Assembly: GCA_965153285.1 (NCBI GenBank)
Contig: OZ229111.1
Source: Podarcis tiliguerta
Taxonomy: Eukaryota
Reading direction: 5' to 3' (one strand)
DNA length: 64,000 nucleotides
A program made the position numbers and the translations under genes. The number at the start of each line of letters is the position of its first letter. Within the stretch, counting starts at the first letter, position 1. Under the pieces are notes generated by a model. The model worked only from the letters and a program-made list of their open reading frames with translations. It had not been told where the DNA came from and did not search any database. Of the stretch, positions 37,531 through 49,356 are shown piece after piece.

Positions 37531-39529
37531 TCTACTGCCAGAATTGCTCCATGCTCATGTTGCACACCTGAATGGAGTGTCTCGAAATAATTCACCTTAA
37601 ATTGGTTTCCAGAATACCTAAGTAACTCAAACCAGTGCTAGTTCTGTAGATTATGATGTGGCCCAGGGTGCACCATCCTGTAATGTTCCTGGAAACTGGG
37701 ATGATTTTTAAGCATTTAAGTTCTATGTAAAGTTTTCAGACATCGTGATTATGTGCAGTCTAATAAATCTGCTGAAGATATTAACACTTCTTTGGCTGCT
37801 TTTCGCATGAAAATGCAGGAATTATTTTACCATTTGACGGCAAATACAATGCTTCTAACCATGATTCTAAACTTAAATGAACAGCGCAAACCTAAAGCAC
37901 AGCATTGTACAATAGTTATGGAGTAGCATATATTTGGTTTACCTGTAAAATGAGTCCTGTGGGTATGTGTATCTCCTACATACACAGGTAGGCATTTTTA
38001 CATGCAGTGAGTTGGACTTTTGTGTGACATGATCAATTACCACCTAAAGGTCACTCAGCTTGCTGGTAACTCTCCACAGTGGTTATGCAGATGTTTAAAA
38101 AGTTAAACAAGAGTATCTCCCAGTTAATTTCCCCCAAGAGAAAACCCTGATGTACTTATCCATACTCTTCCTGCAAATCCATCAGCCTTAGAACATGGCG
38201 AACACTTTCCCTCAGATCAGAGAATAGTTATTAACATGTTGTCTCTTGAAATTCGCTGTAAGGCCCATTACTGCACTTAAATGAAGGGTGTTTTTCAAGC
38301 TCTCTTTCTCACTTAACCTACCAGTAAACATGGGAAACCATTAGTTCAAGCTGCCACAATTAACTCTCAGCTTTCCCTTCAAAGGCTTGGAGAGTCTGAA
38401 GCTACTTATCATGCAAACAGCCTAGGAGCCTCTTTCTCCTTGTGAGGCAACAGGAGGGGAAAACTACTGAGTTAAGTAGATTATTGGGGAAGGAGTCACA
38501 CTCAGCTGCCCTATGAGATGATTAGACCCTGGGAAATGCAGACTCCAAATCTCCTGCTCCTGACAGTGAACATTCATCAACTGCATTTGGATAATCTGCT
38601 ATCAAGAACCTTTAAAGAAGCTTCCAATACTCTTCTACCAATGGTATGGCAGGTGGAAAAGAACACACTTATTTGTGCAAAAGAAAGCTTCATCGCTAGC
38701 TGCTGCAAAAACAGCCTTTTCAAAAATGCAGATGCATCTCTGGCTAAATCACTCTGATAGATCATGCCCACTAAAGACACACATACATACCCTGGCAAGA
38801 ATGGGTGCTTAGAAAAAACTCTGCGGCTGTCTTGACACCAGGTTACACTGCCTGATTTTACCAGTTCTTTCCTCCTTATAATTCAGTCTTGAACATTATC
38901 AGCCACAAACTGGAGCCCAAATATTCTCCTCCCTTTCCTGATTTTATAATTTTCAACAGTCCTCAGTAGCTTTGGTTATCAAATTCATTTAAGAGAGAAA
39001 ATAAGGGAAGAGTGTTGCCTCTTTCCTCTCAGCCTACTTCCTTCCTTACACACACTTTTCTCTTTGGTATGTTAAGCGTGCATGAGAATTACCTGTGGCT
39101 GAATAAATGATGAGCCTCTTTATAGGTTTACATGCACAGAAGGAAGCTTGAAGCATAGCATGATGTGAAAATAGCCCACTACTCATGTGCTATTCAGCAG
39201 AAACTGTTTTACAGGAAGAGTTCAACAAAATGAAAGGAGATTATCCATGAGAAAGTAGATAGGAACAGAAAGTGCTCAGATAAAGTTACTGAGAGGAAAC
39301 CAACACAACCAACCCTAAGCTACTTCCTCAGTCCTTTGGTACAAACTGCTAAGGACAAGCGCTGCTGGAGTCCAAAAAGGGAGCCTTGCCTGATCAACAA
39401 CAAAAGATAAGCAAAAGACTTCCACAAGTAGATCATATAGTTGTTATAAAACAGCCACAAGAGTGCAAACTGATTATTTAAACTTGCAATTGAACTTTCC
39501 ATACCTCATTCATTCACGAACATCCACTC

Positions 39530-39630
39530 GTGGGTTATCCCCTTTTTGCAGATATAGAGAAAGAAGGCCAAGAGGTAGTGACTTGCCGAAGGGCTTCCGG
39601 TGTCCAACATTTAATCCACTGAACCACCTT
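39530..39630 (-). mobile_element. MIR/CORE-SINE-like remnant
   Basis: TTATCCCCTTTTTGCAGAT...AGAGGTAGTGACTTGCCGAAGG resembles the antisense MIR core. Confidence 0.5.
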
Positions 39631-39940
39631 GTTCAGTGATGTTGAATGAGCTAGCTTATGAGGGGAAGGGATTTAAACACAGTGAGATGTAAGCAACCAA
39701 ACCCTAAAGTAGGAAGCTGCTATTACTCGTACAATTTAAGCAAAGCCAATCTCAGTTCTGCATTGAAAAATCCTTAAAGAAGGATTTGCTCTGCTCTGCA
39801 GTAACTGAGGACAGAAAGATGCTCATATGGATTCAACAAGAATAGATGGAAGAAAATATGTAGAACATGTATGTATTAAAACTTTGAAAAACATTAGAAG
39901 TAGTAGTAGTAATGAACCCCAAGGTCCCAAGTCGTACTCC

Positions 39941-40059
39941 AATACCTCTCTCAACCCTCAACTACAACTGCCATCATTCCTGATCACTGGTCCTGCTAGC
40001 TAGGAATGATGGGAGTTGTAGTCCAACAACATCTGGGGACCCAAGGTTGAGGGAGGCTG
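39941..40059. mobile_element. Degenerate palindromic hAT-type MITE
   Basis: ACTACAACTGCCATCATTCCTGATCACTGGTCCTGCTAGCTAGGAATGATGGGAGTTGTAGTCC core; left arm internally deleted. Confidence 0.75.
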
Positions 40060-41428
40060 CTATAAAGTATAAGGGATTTTGTTTGGGGCACTCACCCTTA
40101 GTTTTAACTAGGGTTGCCTCAGTTAATCAGAAGTCTGACTGTTTCTCTCCCCAAAAGAACTTTAACTGCAACTCATTCCAAATGCAACTCATTGTGGAAA
40201 CTGCATGGCAGCAAATTAAACCTATGAATTCACCTCATAAACCAGAATCCAAAATGACTGTACGTTAATTTGAATCTCTGCCTGATCCCGTTGTTTTCTC
40301 CCTGCCCTACAAATGGCAATAAGTTCTAGAAAATGTTAATCCATGTGCACATATTTTTCTCTTTCCTGTGTGCACAAGTATCAGCAGAGAGAATGAAGGG
40401 CTACAGCAACTCAGCTTGAGAGTAAACTTAGAAACTCCAACCCCCGATGTTCTATTTTTAATATTGCTATGAAAGAACAAAATTTCTCAATACGAACGCC
40501 TCCACTAAATGCCTCCCTCTCTTTGGAAAAAGAAATATACAGAGTAGGAAACTCTCCTTAAGATCCAAACACGTGGAATACTTTAATATGGCATGTGTTT
40601 ATTGAGATACCTGTGACTTAGCCATGCAGGCTAACCACCATGAATTGTTCTTAAAAAGCAAGCATGTAACAAGTGGAATTTTAAAATATGCAGGTAGCGT
40701 CTCATACCTCATCATACAAGTAAAGTTTTGCATAAGCTAAGCTTCCAGGCATGTTCACACAGAGCATATTATACAAATCAAATTCTTAAGATAATTCAAG
40801 TATGAGTGATGACCCGCCCCCCCCCCCCCCGCCCCAGCACCAGGAAGGTCTTACCTTCCAATAAGAGTTGCAGCAGCTAATACTGAGTGTAAGTGAAAAA
40901 AGCACCCATGGCCACTAGGGACATTTCTAGGTTAGGTATCTGATCTTCTAAGTGAGTATGAATGGAAGGAAGCACTGCATCTTCAGTCTTGTCTACCTTC
41001 TGCTTAAAGTCTATTCCACCTTATCTAACCACAAGAGCTTTTAGATGCTGATTCACAAGTGGATCTCCACTCCCCAAAACAGAAACAAGAATGGTGGGGA
41101 AAGAGACTGAACAGCTGTTAATAATACCCTCTTATACCAGTCAGAAAGGAAGCAGAATCACCTCAACCCCGCAATATGATGATGCTACTGTCAAATGGCA
41201 TCAGCAGGTATAGTAGCAACAGCTGAGATTGTCCACTACAAGCAGAGAAGTCTCTGGGCCCAAATCTGGCCTAAAGCCAGAATGAAACAGATTTAAAACT
41301 ACCAGTCTCATGTAGGAATGCACAGAGTTAGACTCTCTCTATCGTTGTGCCCCATGAATGGCAAGTTAAGAGCATGGTCCAAGTTTCTTCTCAGTTGCTT
41401 TTCTAGCAGAGACATCACCCCTACCTCG

Positions 41429-41500
41429 AGGGTAGCCAACCTGGTCCCTCTAGATGTTATGGACTGCAACTCATCAACCACAGAGAGCATTGCCAATGAC
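41429..41500. mobile_element. Partial hAT-type MITE (one arm)
   Basis: AGGGTAGCCAACCTGGTCCCTCTAGATGTTATGGACTGCAACTC resembles the left arm of the same MITE group. Confidence 0.55.
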
Positions 41501-41956
41501 GCAGGGTGGGGAGGGGAACACAGCGGCTGCTCCTGACCTACCTCATCCAATCATGTTCACAGCCTATGGGATAGAGGATAGAGAGTCCTTCAAGTGCCTA
41601 TCCAGGCCACCTCACTATTCACCTGTTCGACTTCTCTCCCCTAAACACAGTTACAACTACCAAGACCTCTGATGAACTGAGAGGCAAAGGTCACTTCTAT
41701 AGGCATTAATCCTCATGCAAATGAATAGAAAGACCTGACCTTACAGCTTATCTAAAACCATAACCAGGAGTTTAGGTTTTTGCTGAAAATGGAAGGCCAG
41801 CCATTAAGCTTTGGACAACACTCTCAAAGTGCTAGGATTTCTCCTGTGAAAAGCCAAAATAACAATGAATCTTTTTTTGTTAATCATTAAAGTATTAAAA
41901 ATAAATCTGACTCCTCTAGAAGGGAACATCATAGGTTATCAATTGTATACCTGGAC

Positions 41957-41986
41957 TCATACCCAGATATTAATATCTGGGTATGA
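41957..41986. repeat. Perfect 30-bp palindrome TCATACCCAGATATTAATATCTGGGTATGA
   Basis: 15-bp arms, no spacer; a third partial arm CCCAGATAT follows at about 41990. Confidence 0.95.
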
Positions 41987-44900
41987 AACCCCAGATATAG
42001 TCCCACATACAGAAATGGACCCAGTGTTGACTCCTTGAGGAAAAGTGTTTGCCCTTTGTGGTTTAGCCTCTGACCTTCCTTAAGGCTAAACAATCATCCG
42101 CTGGAAAGTGTTACAAAACCTCTTCTACCTCCCACTGGCTTTTTATTTATACACACACACGCACACATATATAAAGGTTGGTTACTCTCCGGTTCCTAAG
42201 AAAGACTCCCTCCAGCTCCTCTCGCTTTCTCTTGGGGATGTGGGCTCACTTCTCCGAACAAGAGGATGACCTCCAGCAACATGGGGCCTGCACTTGCTAC
42301 TGTCTTCAGTTTGGCAACCCAACACAAAGGCAGTGGGCCTGGTATATACAATTTTGGGGCCAAGCTCCCTATTCACAGAAACAGGCTCCCCAAGAGACAA
42401 AGCCTGCAAGATTCTTAATTAAGTCTAAGTGAAAGACGGCCTAACCACATCCTGCTCACATCTTCTGAGTACCTTCATTCTGGACTTCAAACAGCCACAG
42501 AACACTGCCCATCAAGCACGCCAAGGCATTCACAGCCAGCAACAAACAATCCCCCCCCCCTTTAAAATATAGAAAGCCTAGTCTTCGGCACTGCCTCTTC
42601 AGCCTGCTCTCTTTTGCTGCTGATTTTAGACATGTCTCTGGTTTGTAAAACAGGAAACAAAGGGACTTCTTGTGTGTCAGAAGCCCTCCAGAGGGTCTGC
42701 ATTTCATTCCTCCCTCTCCAGGCAGTGTCTGGAGAGCTCTTTAGCCCATTTCGTCTCATTAACATTTCCATGAAGGATCAAAGAATATATTAAAAAAATA
42801 TCTAAGTATTAAGTACAATTCCTGCTAGGGAAGCCGCATAAACAGATACGTTTAAGAAACCTGTGCAAATTCCTTTGCCTGACCCATTTCTTTATTAGAT
42901 AATTGTCTCTTCGCAAGAACAACAACAGCTTTTCTTTCCATTGAGCTGCCCTTTCTACAAATCCTGTGAAAATCTTGATAAATACATTCCATTGAACACC
43001 CCCCTCCCCAAAACCAGCAAACAATTTCTGTTTTCCAAGCTTCGCTGTGATAATGTCCCTTGCAAACAGAAACCAATTATTCCCTGGCAGTAAGTCACCC
43101 GCAGTATGAATTGCTGTAATTTTGCCCCTTTTAGCAGCTGCTCAGGGTGGGCTGAGAGGTGGCTGTGGTAATGAAGCACGGATGAATACTAAAGAAGCAC
43201 TGAGGCATGGCATCCTGTGGAGCAGCAGTGTTTAATTTTTCCTAAAGTACTTTCTTGCTCCAGGAAGCAAATCAATGAGATTTATGTGTCAGAAAGGGAG
43301 CTTTCTACTGTATATTTGCATTCACAATCCCAACCAGAATACGAATTTCTATGCACCTGACTAGCTTGTAAAAAACTTTCACCTTATGTTTTAAAAGTGC
43401 TAACACACCCCTCCCCCTCCCTCTCCACAATTCTTTGCTTTCTCATTAGAAATGCCCAGCAACATCCGCCAGACAAAGGCACTGCAAACAAAGTGTATGG
43501 AAAGGAGTGAGAGGGGGAGAAATTAGGGAAAACAAAAAAAAAAGAAAAGAAAAGAAAAGAAAGACGTGCAGAGGAATTCCTTTTTTCACTGATCTGTGGA
43601 ATACATTAATATCCCAAACTGTTGGCACAGACTCGAACGCTCAGATGGGTGACAATGCAAGCAATGACTCTGAGTCTGGGATCTTCAAATAAACCTCCGC
43701 TGCTGTCATGGCCACCGGGAAAGAGGCTGAGGGCAATATTCGCTGACCTTCATTTCGTTGTTTCACCAGACCTAACTGCTGGACCTTTGTTTGCCTGTTA
43801 CTAGGAGTTCCTCTTTCAAAAATGTCAGCATTTCCTAGACGATACAAGAGCCAGTTTATTAGGTAAATAAACCCACCCTAAAGCAGTCTCTCCTGCTCCA
43901 CGATGAGAATCCACGGAGAGCAGAGACAAGGAGCAAATCTGAACCCTCGAAATGAAGGGAGAGAGAGACCGCAGAAATTTGGAGAGCATTTCAAAGGCAA
44001 ATATGAAAAGGCCATCAAATGTTATATTGAGCCATCAAGGAATACGACTGGGAAGACTGAAAACTGCAACAGAGAAGACCTTTCGAGTAACCAGGGATTT
44101 GTGTGGCTTATGGCACTTTCCATGAAACACATATGCACCGCAGAGGTCTCTGGCCCAGACTCCACAGACTAGGATGAATACAGGGAAATGATGCGTGTCC
44201 CTTATTTCCAAACATTACAGTCCCATGTACAGGACAGGCATCACAGATCCACAATGTCACTCACCACTGTTTTGGCAATCAATTACTTTGCAGTTATATT
44301 TCTCTAGTGAAAGCGGCGGCGGGGGGGGGGGGGCAATTTATTCCACCCTTCCTTCTTTTTGAGGACTCCAAAGGGAGGATAGTTAGCTGAACACCATCTA
44401 CAGCAGCAATGAGACAGTGAAATCCACCACACAACACTGTGGATTCAGATGCTTTCCTCAAGACTGGCCTCCTCATTTATTTGAAAAATAAATTTTTCAC
44501 TTTCATTTTATTTGAAAAAATGGTCAATGCCTCGGCCCCAGATCATAGCCCAACAGTTGGATGAAGAGCAAACTTGAGCTGGTCCCTCTCCTCTACTACA
44601 CAAACAGGCCCTCAGCATGAATGGCCAACTGCACAAACTATTGGTTTATGTGACTGTCGCGCCATTTTCTTGAAGTTCAGAAATGCTACAGATCAGTCCC
44701 GCATGTGATCAGGCACTCATGAGGAAGGGCCAGTTCACACTGCACATGGTTTCATGTGGTGGAGGGAAAGATGTGTGCACTGCTCCTAATGGCTCTCTCA
44801 GTTTTGTTTCAGATATGAAAACAAAGAAGGAGGGAAAGGAAAAACAGCAGCAGCAACAGACTGGCTGGATATGCGAAATCTTTCAGGTGGAACAAGGTAT

Positions 44901-46106
44901 GTTAACCAAGGTATCTTTAACTGAGAAAAAGCACCCTGGATGTCCTTGCTTTTAGGAATGAAATACTATGAATCCTTATCATCTCTATTCTGGAGGCTGA
45001 CGTGCACCTTAAGATTGCCCTTATAAGGGGGAAAGTCTTTATCCTGGACCTTTCCACCATCCTTCTACTATCTGCACCCTATATTTCTGCTGCCTAGCAT
45101 CTGCTTTTGCAGATGCTTGGGTATATCTTTCTGGTGAAGGGAATTAAAGAGCTTCAACAAAACGCATGCAGAATCAAGAAAGCGGGCCACATATGATTTT
45201 CACCCAGCTCCCACAAAACAAAACAAACTAAGTCATGATCTCAACAGAACCTCAGCACGATAGCCAATTGTATTTTCCCCCCTCTGTTTTTAAAGGAAAA
45301 TTAAACAACCACCTAAAATCACAGGGAAGCCTCCACCGACTTGCAGGATGTGCTATAAAATAAACAGCAGGCGTCAAATTCTGATTATCACATTTCTGCA
45401 CTTTTTCCAGAAATATCAAGCAGTGATTTAACTCCTGGACATGTATCCTTGGAAACCAAACTATAAGCAGCTGCCCCTGGATGTTCACACAATGCCAGGT
45501 TTCCCCTCTTTGTATTCAAATATAACTAATTACTTGGCCTTTGAAATGATAGATGGTTGAGGGGGCGTCCCGGGGACGCACCCCAGCCCTCCAATGGCAG
45601 AGCCAGATTGCCGGGTCTAGCAACAGCTGCTCCAAATCCCCCACGAGGTGAGAGCAGGCACCAGAGAGGCTCTATTTGAACAGCTGCATATGCAAATGTA
45701 ATTAACTAGGTGTTGCTGGCCTCTTCCGCTCACCCAGCCTGCATAGGCATGCTAGACCCCCCTTACCCATTGCTTTAAGGTGAAAGGCTGGGGGGGGGGG
45801 GCACACAACAGCATTTTCTCACTAGACATGCCAAATCCTCTTCTGAGTTTCAAGAAAGAGTAAATAACAAGGATATAATTATGAGTATCAGATCCAAACT
45901 GCCTACCAGAGTAGCTCACAATCCTGCGTCTTATCACTCTAAATTTTTAGATTTCTGCTCTTGGAAGCCTAACGAGACAAAATATTAACTAAGCTTGGGG
46001 TTTATTTTTCTTTGGGGAGACTGTGGGAGTTGGAAGGATTTTACTGTCCAGACTATTTCTTTCTGAATGCTTTCACCATGGACTTCTGCCAAGTGACAAA
46101 GAGGTT

Positions 46107-46200
46107 GCTCAGTGATTAAAGCATTGGGATAGAATTCCAGAGATACAGGTTTAATGATAGCCATGCCATGGGGCTGTTTGGGTGACCTTGGCAAGTCAAG
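46107..46200 (+). mobile_element. MIR/CORE-like tRNA SINE remnant
   Basis: GCTCAGTGATTAAAGCATTGG (A-box-like) ... GGGTGACCTTGGCAAGTCA (CORE). Confidence 0.5.
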
Positions 46201-48479
46201 CAATTTATCCTTTACTCCACTTCACCAGAGGAGAATGGGAAAAGGAGAGAGCGCATCTGATGGTGGTGGGAGGCGAGCATATTAGGATCTGTGATGCTCT
46301 TGACAAGATATAAAGAAGAAAAAAATATGTATGAAACGATGCTGTCTTGTGAGCATCCACTGCTGCTTAGGGTCTTGAACTCTGCAAATCATAGCATGCT
46401 GGGCACAATTATCTGAGCTTCTGATTAACATGCCACAGCAGTTGAAGTCCTCAAAAAGCACAAACATTTTGACAGGCATAAGGGGATGATATATGAGCGC
46501 AGCAGTCCCAGCGTCTGAATCTGAAATAAATGACAGCTCAGCAGTTACAGGGCCCCATTGCAGCCAAAGGCCACTGTTGGTCACCATCCAGACAAGTTAT
46601 CTCTATGTCTCAGGGCCAAATTAGACTGATCTTAACTTCATGAATGAAATTAATGCACATTTTTATTATGTAAATAGCAGCTGAAATAAGAACCCACCTC
46701 CCATCTTACAAAAAGAAGTTACTATGTTTTTACGCCCCTTCTCCAAACTTGGTCCATTGCTCTGCTATCGGTATGAGGTGTCACACACACTTCATGGCAT
46801 AAGATCTGCCAACATCACAAACCAAATGGTAGTAACATCATGGAAAGTGATTCCAAATACCCAGATAGCTGGGCTTAGGGAACATGAAAAGGAGCAAAGA
46901 GAAAAATGGAACAGCTCATAAACCAGGGAAAGAAGTTGTTTCAGGGAAATCATCTTTTGGTTCAGACCCAAGGCAATTGTCCGTGCAGTTATTGGAAAGA
47001 ACGCTGGCACAATCTTCTGGCAAACCGGCCACAGGAAAGGCTGACTTCATGTCACACTGAACTAAGCTCCCCGCAATACTAAAAATAAAGCGGATGGAAC
47101 TTTCACTCGTCAAAATATATATACTTTGCATCAGCTGAACAAACCTGATTACTTGCAGCCCTGAATTTATCAAGCCAATTGACTTTCTGAGAAAAATAGC
47201 CAAAGAATGTGGGTACTGCTCCAGAATGATGAATAAGGTGAGAGCTGGGGGCATACTCCTACTTTCTAGGGACATTCTTTTAGGATGTCATCCACATTTT
47301 AAAAACCCCGCAGATTTATTTAAAGTTTGCAGCAAAGTCTGAGGAACACCGTAAAAAAATAATACTCCTGTGAGAAGTTAATACAGTGCAGCGCATACCG
47401 ATTTAGGTGATAGAAATTAAAGCCATGATTTTTGTTCTCCCCTAAAGACACCATAAAAACTAAAAGCAAAGAGACATCTCGCTGCGATGCCACCTTGTGG
47501 AACAGAAGAAAATGGGAGGTTTTAATACAACCCATTCCTATATCTTACCATTCATATGCATTTCTAGTGAGCTGGAAGAACTGGCGGGGAAAGAGGGGAA
47601 AGCGTGGAGGATAGACTAAGTCATCTTTAATTGTCTTTGGAAATATCAGATGAAATATACCTTTGTTCTCTGACTCTTAGCATTTCATAGAGCCAGGTTG
47701 CTAGGTAAAATCGAATCAATCTGAAAAGCAACTGCCATCTGCTTGATGATGGGGAAAAAGTATCACTAGCCTACACTATATGATTTCATGACTAGATATG
47801 GGTGCAAATCCCTGCTTTCAGATTCAGAACTCAACTACACAGCAATCTGTAGGGGTTTAATATCAAATGGCTGACTACCACCAGGCCTAAGATGTTAATG
47901 CTAATAATGCTAGCACAAACTGTATGCTTCTGAAGCTCCCCCCGCCCCCGGTACCATGGTAAAGTTGCTAATAAATAACAACGACAACATTTATAGCAAC
48001 ATCTAAAGCCAGGAGATCAGACATTTTCCATCATCATCCCCTCCTCCCTGCAGAGCCATCATGAACCACCACTATCTTAACCAAGTATATTATGTTTATC
48101 AAATATTAATTTCCATTTACTGTCCGCGGCATTGAAGTCTTTTCTGCCAGACAGAAGGAGGGATACAAATACTTCCAACAAACACAGGATTATTCTTTCT
48201 AAGTGCAGTTGAAGAGTCTAACTTGATGGCCTTCCTTCTTTTTTTGCTTAAGTCATTTAAGAGACATTCAGTATTAAGACATTCAGTAAATTAAGTGCAC
48301 TGTGAACACAAAACTCAACAATAAAGATCAAGGATTCCCCTGCCCCACACAATTGGTTTTACATCTAAGTCTTTTGAAATTTAACACATGCAGTTATCTG
48401 AAACATCAAGGAATCGTAGAAGAGTATTCAGTTGTGTTTTATCAGCCCAACCAGTGTTTCATACCGTTTTGCACTAAAC

Positions 48480-48600
48480 CAGGGTTTCCAAATTTGGGTC
48501 CCCAGCTGTTTTTGCACTACAATTCCCATCATCCCAGTGGTCAGGGATGATGGGAATTGTAGTGCAAAAACAGCTTGGGGCCCAAGTTTGGGAAACCCTG
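48480..48600. mobile_element. hAT (Charlie-like) palindromic MITE, 121 bp
   Basis: TIRs CAGGGTTTCC.../...GGAAACCCTG; ~56-bp arms around an 8-nt loop; exact 8-bp TSD CACTAAAC (48472-48479, 48601-48608) with central TA. Confidence 0.93.
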
Positions 48601-48725
48601 CACTAAACCAACGTATTATATGGAAACAAAATGGTGCTAAATATCCTATACCTATCATGTGCCAAGAAAATAAAGATTTAAAATTATGTACACACGTGGC
48701 TTAACTGGCAACATACAGTTTATTA

Positions 48726-48861
48726 CAGGCATAGGCAAACTCCGGCCCTCCAGATGTTTGGGACTATAATTCCCATCATCCCTAGCTAACACGACCAGTG
48801 GTCAGGGATGATGGGAATTGTAGTCCCAAACATCTGGCAGGCCGGAGTTTACCTATGCCTG
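48726..48861. mobile_element. hAT (Charlie-like) palindromic MITE, 136 bp
   Basis: TIRs CAGGCATAGG.../...CCTATGCCTG; 58-bp arms with 4 mismatches; exact 8-bp TSD GTTTATTA (48718-48725, 48862-48869) with central TA. Confidence 0.93.
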
Positions 48862-49254
48862 GTTTATTATGTTTGACAATATGGAAAGTGCAATAGTAGA
48901 AACACAAATTGCAACATTGGTGGCCTTCACATAAGAGAACTCTCTGCTTTGTAGGGTATCTGTAGGCATAGACATTTTACCAAATGGAATCACTTCTACA
49001 AATAACTCCCCTTCTCTATATGAGGATACTAATTTTACTCCTCTTCTAGCATGTCTTCTTTTCTCTCCTCACTCTCTTTCTCAAAAGCAGTAGCTGCTTA
49101 AACCGTGCTTAATTAACTGCCATTAACCATTACAAGATGACAGTGAAAAATAATTTAGACTGCTTCAGGCCAATAATTAGAAGCTACAAAATGGCAGCTT
49201 TTTTTAAAAAAAAATTATTTAAAAAGTAGACTTTTAAGTCAAACCATATCTTAC

Positions 49255-49356
49255 CACAAGAAGATGATTTTCTGTCCACTGTCATTACACGCTTGGTTTG
49301 GTTGCGCAGCTTGTTGTCGGTATTTTCTACTAAATTGGTGATATCGTCGATGATTT
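49255..49356 (-). CDS. STX8: Syntaxin-8 penultimate exon (102 bp): (E)IIDDITNLVENTDNKLRNQTKRVMTVDRKSSSC(G), C-terminal half of the SNARE motif
   Basis: Reverse complement: ctcttttttaatag|AAATCATCGACGAT...TCTTCTTGTG|gtaaga; matches STX8 EIIDDLANLVENTDEKLRNETRRVNMVDRKSASC; canonical splice sites; phase joins the last exon (G|GG). Confidence 0.96.
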
